From Perkinsus chesapeaki ATCC PRA-425 (Eukaryota; Protista; Perkinsozoa), in assembly GCA_013115145.1 (NCBI GenBank), contig JAAPAO010000143.1, positions 1 to 63,686 on the forward strand: a stretch of DNA of 63,686 bases, written 5' to 3'. The first letter of the stretch is position 1; each line of letters begins with the position of its first letter. The translations under genes and the position numbers were made by a program. Below, one piece after another: positions 57,919 to 63,686 of the stretch. Under the pieces are notes generated by a model. It worked only from the letters and a program-made list of their open reading frames with translations, was not told where the DNA came from and made no database searches.

Positions 57919-59538
57919 AACGATTCGTGTGTCCCCGTGGTGAAGTGCACGGTATGGCAGGGATGTAGGCGTATACGCAGAAAAGCAGTGTGCCAGGCTG
58001 AATGAAGAACATGATATGGAACAAGATGAGCTAGTTTGACTTACTCTTGGAACATCCTTCAGAACATGACCGCGTCGTCGAGACAATACCGCGTAAACTG
58101 CTGGGACGCAATCAGCTGGACACTAAAGATCGAAAATACAATTCGGAGCAATACTTGTTTAGTTACGCCAATTTCAGCGAACATCATCGGTTCCATCAAC
58201 CTTGGAGTCGCCATTAACATACTGCTGTAAGCAACGCGCCGAGCTACCGGAATGATCTGCCCGGAGCCAAGACCAATACCGCCCGCCTGACAGGATGTAA
58301 GCTCCTTTGCTGATCATAGACGGCGGAACTCTTTTACCGTCACATTGGAGGTGATCACATCCAGCAACTTGAACTTCACGTTTCGAACGTTATCTTCACA
58401 AAGAGGGCCTTCGCGGGTCGCCCATTGAAAACCAGACACAACACTGTCGCGGATCTAGAGGGGAAATCAATACCACTGCTCCAGCGATCAAGCCTACCAA
58501 ATTGAGGGAGTTCCTGGCCTCAGCGTCAGTGGCGGAAGTCTCATTGAGGAGTATATTAGTACTGTTAATAGGATTGGCTCCGAAGGCCCAACGCGACAAG
58601 TAATGCATTCTCAAGTAAATCCTCCAAAAGTACATGTAACTAAGCCGAGCTGGTAGAGGAAAATATGCTCTCATTCAAGCGCCTCCGCAGGAGGAGCCAG
58701 TTAACGGTAGACTTCCAGATGGAGCACTCAACGGGCGCTAATTACCCTTATCAATGGTAATGCACATTGCCAATGGGCCATTGGTCATGTACTCGTCACC
58801 TACGATCATTCCTCGTGACCCTTAAATACACTTCAGCTCTGTAGGTTTCAGTTTCTCGATCTATTTCTACCGATTGCACCGCGACTCCATCAAGGGGATA
58901 CTGAGCTTCGATATTTTGTAGTGGGTGACTATTAGTGACCACCACCCAGCAGGAGTAACAAATACTATATTTTGATGGATCATGTTCCCACAGTAGGGTG
59001 ACAGTTCAACTTTCCGATGGTGAAAGTAGAACGGTTGTTCCAGGCTGGCCACGCAACTCGCTATTCCTTGTTTCCTCATTATTTCCCGCCGTCACAGGGT
59101 TCCGCCCAACTGCATGTCCAACGAGGGGTTTGGACCCGCTTTATCGTCGCCCCAGCTGTGCTAGGGTAGTAGCTTCCCGTAAGGTGTTGGTGGCTTTCCC
59201 TATTAGAGTTTCTTGGTCAGTTGTGAGTTGCAACTTCTAACCCATCAGTTTCGCTGTTAATGCCGTGTCACACGGCCCGCGTGTCGTGCCAGAGTCATAT
59301 GATTACGTTGAGACGGCAACTTCAATAACCGGCTCGGAACACGGTGTCAAAATCCCGCGCTATAAAGGATCTGGGAGTCTCAATAGCCCAGGCCAAGAGA
59401 CGGCTCGAAGATCTTGTGGATGTCAACCTTCACCTTTGGTTACGACGATGAACTTACGATTCATTAGTTCATGTATATTGACAATTCGTTAGCGTTTAGT
59501 TGCTCTTTGGGCACGCATGAATCCCATGTAAAGGTTGA

Positions 59539-59560
59539 ACCGTAGCCATCTTGGCTCAAG
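59539..59560 (+). other. Genomic copy of the Perkinsus-type spliced leader (SL relic)
   Basis: Exact ACCGTAGCCATCTTGGCTCAAG; followed by TT rather than the GT donor of an SL-RNA gene. Confidence 0.92.
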
Positions 59561-59941
59561 TTCTTCTTATAGTATTTGCTCTCTAGCCTCTCCCGCCGCG
59601 TCGTGATTTACAGTTTGGTATGGAAAATACCAACACGGCGACGCTTACTTCTATGAAAATGGTGAATGGCTGGCACTAGGGTTTGAGAGTTCTTCTCACC
59701 TAGAATACGGGAGTGAGACCACTAGGAACAATGGTATCACACTTCCTAGTATTTATCGAGGTAGCCTGGACGTATGTGTAGGTATATAGATACATGTGTC
59801 GAGTGATGTGAAGCTTTTGTAGATGCAATCGGATGTATCGAATAACAATATATATAATGTTTCCGGCAGCAAGCCTCAGGCTGAAAGAACTGGCAGGCTT
59901 AAACCCTGCCAATTTAATTGGTCCAATTCTTAGCTATTTCA

Positions 59942-62200
59942 ATGGTTAAGCTCATTGAACAAACTTCTCTCGTCGTCATCGGAGTCGCTGCCCAATTGAA
60001 GCAAGCCGTCGGTCTGCGTAATAATAGCTGGTTCATGCTCACCTACGAGCAGATGATCGACCACAATATGGGTGAGCTTTCACTCTCTCGTTACTATACC
60101 ATAGTGCAGTCCAAAACTATTTTAGGTCGTCAAGGAGGAACCTTCCATCAGCGGTTTCTATACAACGAGATGTTTTACGACCCAAATGAGCCGGTACAGT
60201 CACGGGATGTATAGTAGAGGTTTTATGCATGGCGGTCAGGTGCTTTTCCTCCAAATAGCAGAAGAAGCATCTGAGAATAGACGCCTTCACGAAATGGTGG
60301 ACAATGCCATGAAGCATAAGGCCGCCATGATATCGCTGGAGCAAAGGTATGCTACTTGTGGCATGGACGGGATTGATACGAACAGTCATTTCTAAGAATG
60401 GCAATTCTACTGTATCTTAGTCTTCGTGGGATACTTCTCCCGAGAGTGAACGCCTCGTACCCATCTTCCATGCAGGTTCTTTGGGGAAAGCTTACCGACA
60501 AAGGAGTTCTCAGCTCCCACGTTGGAGAAGCTGCTCACAATACCTCAAGCTCTAGAAGATTTACGATGCTTTGCTTCCCAGATAAAAGACACGCTCAAAG
60601 CTGAAAAGCCGGTGAAGATAGTTCTATTCGGAAGTAGCTATACCGGAGTACTAAACATCCGACTAATGGCGTGATACACTGTATATTCCCTGTTCAGTTA
60701 TTGGCCGGGTGGGCCAGGCAGCAATATACCGACGCTTTCATCGGAGCTGTCGCCTCATCATCTCCGTTCGATATACAACTTGTGAACGAGCGGTGAGGAA
60801 CCATCGCAATGGGTATTGCGCCGTTTCTCGCCAACATACAGTATTAAGGATTATAATTTATCATACCAGCTAGGAGGCAAGCGTGTCGGAGATTCAATTC
60901 AATAATACCGAGAGACTTGAAAGCGACTTTGGCAGTAACCGATAGACTATCGGCGATAGTCCTGGCCAGTATCACGTGGAGCTACTGTGTTTCTCATCAA
61001 CCTGCTATTTTCACCTCTGTGGTCATTCTCTTTGATAGTTACTACTTCATTCTTGCTCAAGACTTGAGCAGGGCTGATCTTGGTGGCAGCAGCAATTGTT
61101 TGTCAGCGGTAAGTGCAATGGGATGTGGTTCTCACAAGGATAGTCGTGCTAGTCTAGCACGACTCTAAGACTTGTGTCACAGGTCTCCCTTTCGGTCGCC
61201 GCAGTTACTGCGGCGCAGTAGCTTATCTACCTTTCAGGTCACAAAGGCCCATGAAGCTTTTTCAGACGCCCTGAAGTCGCCCGAAGGACAACGACAGCTA
61301 GAAGATAAATTCCACATTTGTGCAGGAGACTTGTCAAAGGAGAAAAATCAATTTCTTGCGTAAGACCTAACAATCAGTCTCACAACACGAGCCTTATATT
61401 CAGGACAACAGGAGATGTACTTTCTTGTACTTCTCTCTTTGGTATTACAACACAGGACAATGACCCACAATGTCAAGGGAAGTACTGCAACATCGCTAAA
61501 ATCTGTAAGCACTTCACTACTGGAGGGTAGGCGTGCGGTGAGGTGAAGCTAGCTTCACTGTTGTGCATACTTTCCAGAGATGAACCTCTCAAGAAGCTCG
61601 CAGAAATATTCAATACCAACAAACCTGTGGGTGGCGATAACGCGGATTGCCATAAATATGATTGGGAAGCTGACATGACTTGCTTCCCGTCAAATCGAGC
61701 GGGTAAATCACGGCGTGATTTATAGCAGGAAGCTCATGATCACCTTGCGTGCGGCCACCAGCCGATATTCACTCTCAGGTTGGCAGACTCCAGACACCGT
61801 GGCCGGGCCAAGATGACTATATTTAACATATGCAATGGCCGCGGACTTTCCAGCACATGCAATGATAAGAACAACTGCCCATTCCGAAGGTCACCAAATT
61901 GGCTTGAATTCTGGTTGGACGTGTGCAGTCGGGCTTTTGGCTTATCCAAAGAAAAGGTGCGTCCTGTCGAGCTGTGATTTCCCAGATTGAATTTCGAGCT
62001 AGCTACTCGATATTATCAATGTTACTTGGTAATTGCTAACCAACAAGATATCGAGTCTACAGTGGAAGACCCTTCTCCGTGTCAATCATCGATGGAGATT
62101 ATCCACAATCATTTTAGCTAGGCCCTTTTCTCAACAGGCCATATCTTCAAGACTTTGAGGTCCTTTATAAACGCCGTGATGGTATTGTTTTGTTCAAAAC
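59942..62200 (+). CDS. S28 family serine peptidase, multi-exon; C-terminus looks decayed (possible pseudogene)
   Basis: YEQMIDH...TFHQRFLYN; GQVLFLQI; SLEQR|FFGESLP...LTIPQALEDL; nucleophile FGSSYTG|LLAGWARQQY...GAVASSSP; GGSSNCL; NDPQC...CNIAKIC; CPF...WLDVCSRAFG. No clean DPW/HC motifs found after about 61980. Confidence 0.8.
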
Positions 62201-62742
62201 GTTACACCTTACAACAAGGGTCGGCGATCCTGAATACTATTTAACGTTGTATATCTAGTCTGAGTCGCTCAAGCGAGACAGAATCGCTGGAAAAATTGAC
62301 GGGAACTCGGATTGCTGCAGTCCTGAACGTGAAGCTTCCCATTTGCTGTTATCATTATAATTTTAAAGTCATGGGTCATAATCAGTTCTTGCGACTAGCT
62401 ACAGCTGGTAAAATGATACTTCAATCCGGGTTGCCCCTCGTACTATGACACTAGCTTTAAGAGTTCCACAATGGCCCAATCGACCAAGTCCACTAGTAGA
62501 TCATACCTAGTATTATCAATCCAGCGAACTCAAAGACTAGTAATGAAAGGAAGGAGATGGTCTGACATCATAGGGATTCCACAAACGAAATCAGAACGAA
62601 CAATCTGCCGGATCATACAATTCTGAATTATTAATTCATCACACATCGTGATCTCTCTTCCGCTAACACGTTAAGTTAGACCTCAAAGAAACCTAAGTGA
62701 AGCCAATTCGGAGTTTATGAAACCTACCCCGTGAGAATGATG

Positions 62743-63686
62743 TCAGTGCTTGCATACTTTCTTATGCTGTGACCATACAAGTCTTTGACAATCAACACTG
62801 CAGTAATGCACAGCACACAATGCACAGCAATGCACTTCGAGCACACTTTATCGCCAGACTTCCCACAGGTAGCACAGAGATGATGATTTCTCTCTGGAAA
62901 GCATCAGCCTCAACACCTTCCCTTGGAGAGCAATTGGGTGAAGTACTCGGTGTCGTCTGCTTTAAAGTTCACCGGATTTCTCGGAACCCTGCATCACCAT
63001 GAATGCCATCAGGTTCGAACCACTTGCGACTTGCTGCTGAATTAAACGTATTATTTCAGCCATCGTGTTCGGATCCTTCTTGATTCTCTGTTCAGCACTA
63101 TCCCATGCATTTTTCATTGTCTCGGCAACACTCTTCTCATTATTCGCTTCAACTCCATAAGACATAACCGAAGAGTATACAGGGAAGATAACCATTGGCT
63201 CGAAGTGGCGCATAGACGTGGAAGAGAGCGGTAACTTTGACCAGTCGAGCCAGGACAACCAGAACTTCTCCGCGTTTCTCCATCTGTGCGCCTTCTTGTT
63301 AGAACCACATACGTTACGACTCGTAACTTACGAGTGGAGGCGCCGCCGCAGAGGGCAAACCGCGGGTGACACGAGCCAACTCGATAGCAGCAGGCAGGTA
63401 GTGTTCCGTCCAACACTCAAACTCCCCGCAACTCTCGTCAACACGGATGCTCCTCATGGAAACTTTCCATTGGAAAAGCGCGACTGCAGCCTGGAAACCT
63501 CAGGCGCCACTTCAAAGAGGGACTCATGCTTTAATATGCATACAGCTCCTTTGATGACCAAACCGTGAATCCCGTCAAGCACGACGTTCGGTGAGAACAG
63601 CATGATAACATCACTACACCATTTCAAGATCTAATCAGTAAAAGCCAAGATCAAATTAATATAGCCCAGAACAGATTAGTAAAAGC
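62743..63686 (-). pseudogene. MYND zinc-finger protein pseudogene (5' end not defined)
   Basis: CATCGKSGDKVCSKCIAVH / YCSVDCQRLVWSQHKKVCKH* is a zf-MYND pattern broken by a 14-nt duplication-insertion at about 62806-62828; upstream frames contain stops and shifts. Confidence 0.75.

Noticed and set aside
58958-59050. RNase H-like LYFDGSC motif
   Set aside because: Single short motif preceded by a stop; no other retroelement motifs around it.
62962-63300. Integrase N-terminal-like WxxFxxW segment
   Set aside because: Better explained as the body of the MYND-finger pseudogene immediately downstream on the same strand.

Overview
Eukaryotic, intron-dense nuclear DNA, most likely from Perkinsus (Alveolata). 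The basis is an exact Perkinsus-type spliced-leader 22-mer at 59539-59560, many 30-60 nt GT-AG introns and expanded S28 peptidase and bestrophin families. The ORF track is fragmented by introns, so multi-exon gene limits are hand-assembled and approximate. Content, left to right: an unidentified partial gene; a tandem Cache-domain single-pass membrane protein overlapping the start of a 14 kb IP3-receptor/RyR-family Ca2+ channel gene; FAM32A; an S28 peptidase C-terminal fragment with a 15-aa repeat tail; DNA polymerase epsilon catalytic subunit with an intact tRNA-Leu(TAG) in an intron; a tyrosine-recombinase relic; an intronless MDH-family gene with Gln at the Arg102 specificity position plus scrambled partial copies; a RanBP2-zinc-finger protein; three tandem bestrophins (one hosts tRNA-Sec in an intron, one a mariner-type MITE) and a FEX/Fluc fluoride channel; a palindrome-dense 1.8 kb tract; a spliced-leader relic; a second S28 peptidase; a frameshifted MYND-finger pseudogene. 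The most unusual signal is at least eight tRNA 3'-end fragments (variable loop, T-arm/B-box, acceptor strand, discriminator, often TTTT) with different acceptor strands. Seven lie in spliceosomal introns, and five of these make up most of a 43-49 nt intron in three unrelated genes, in both orientations.
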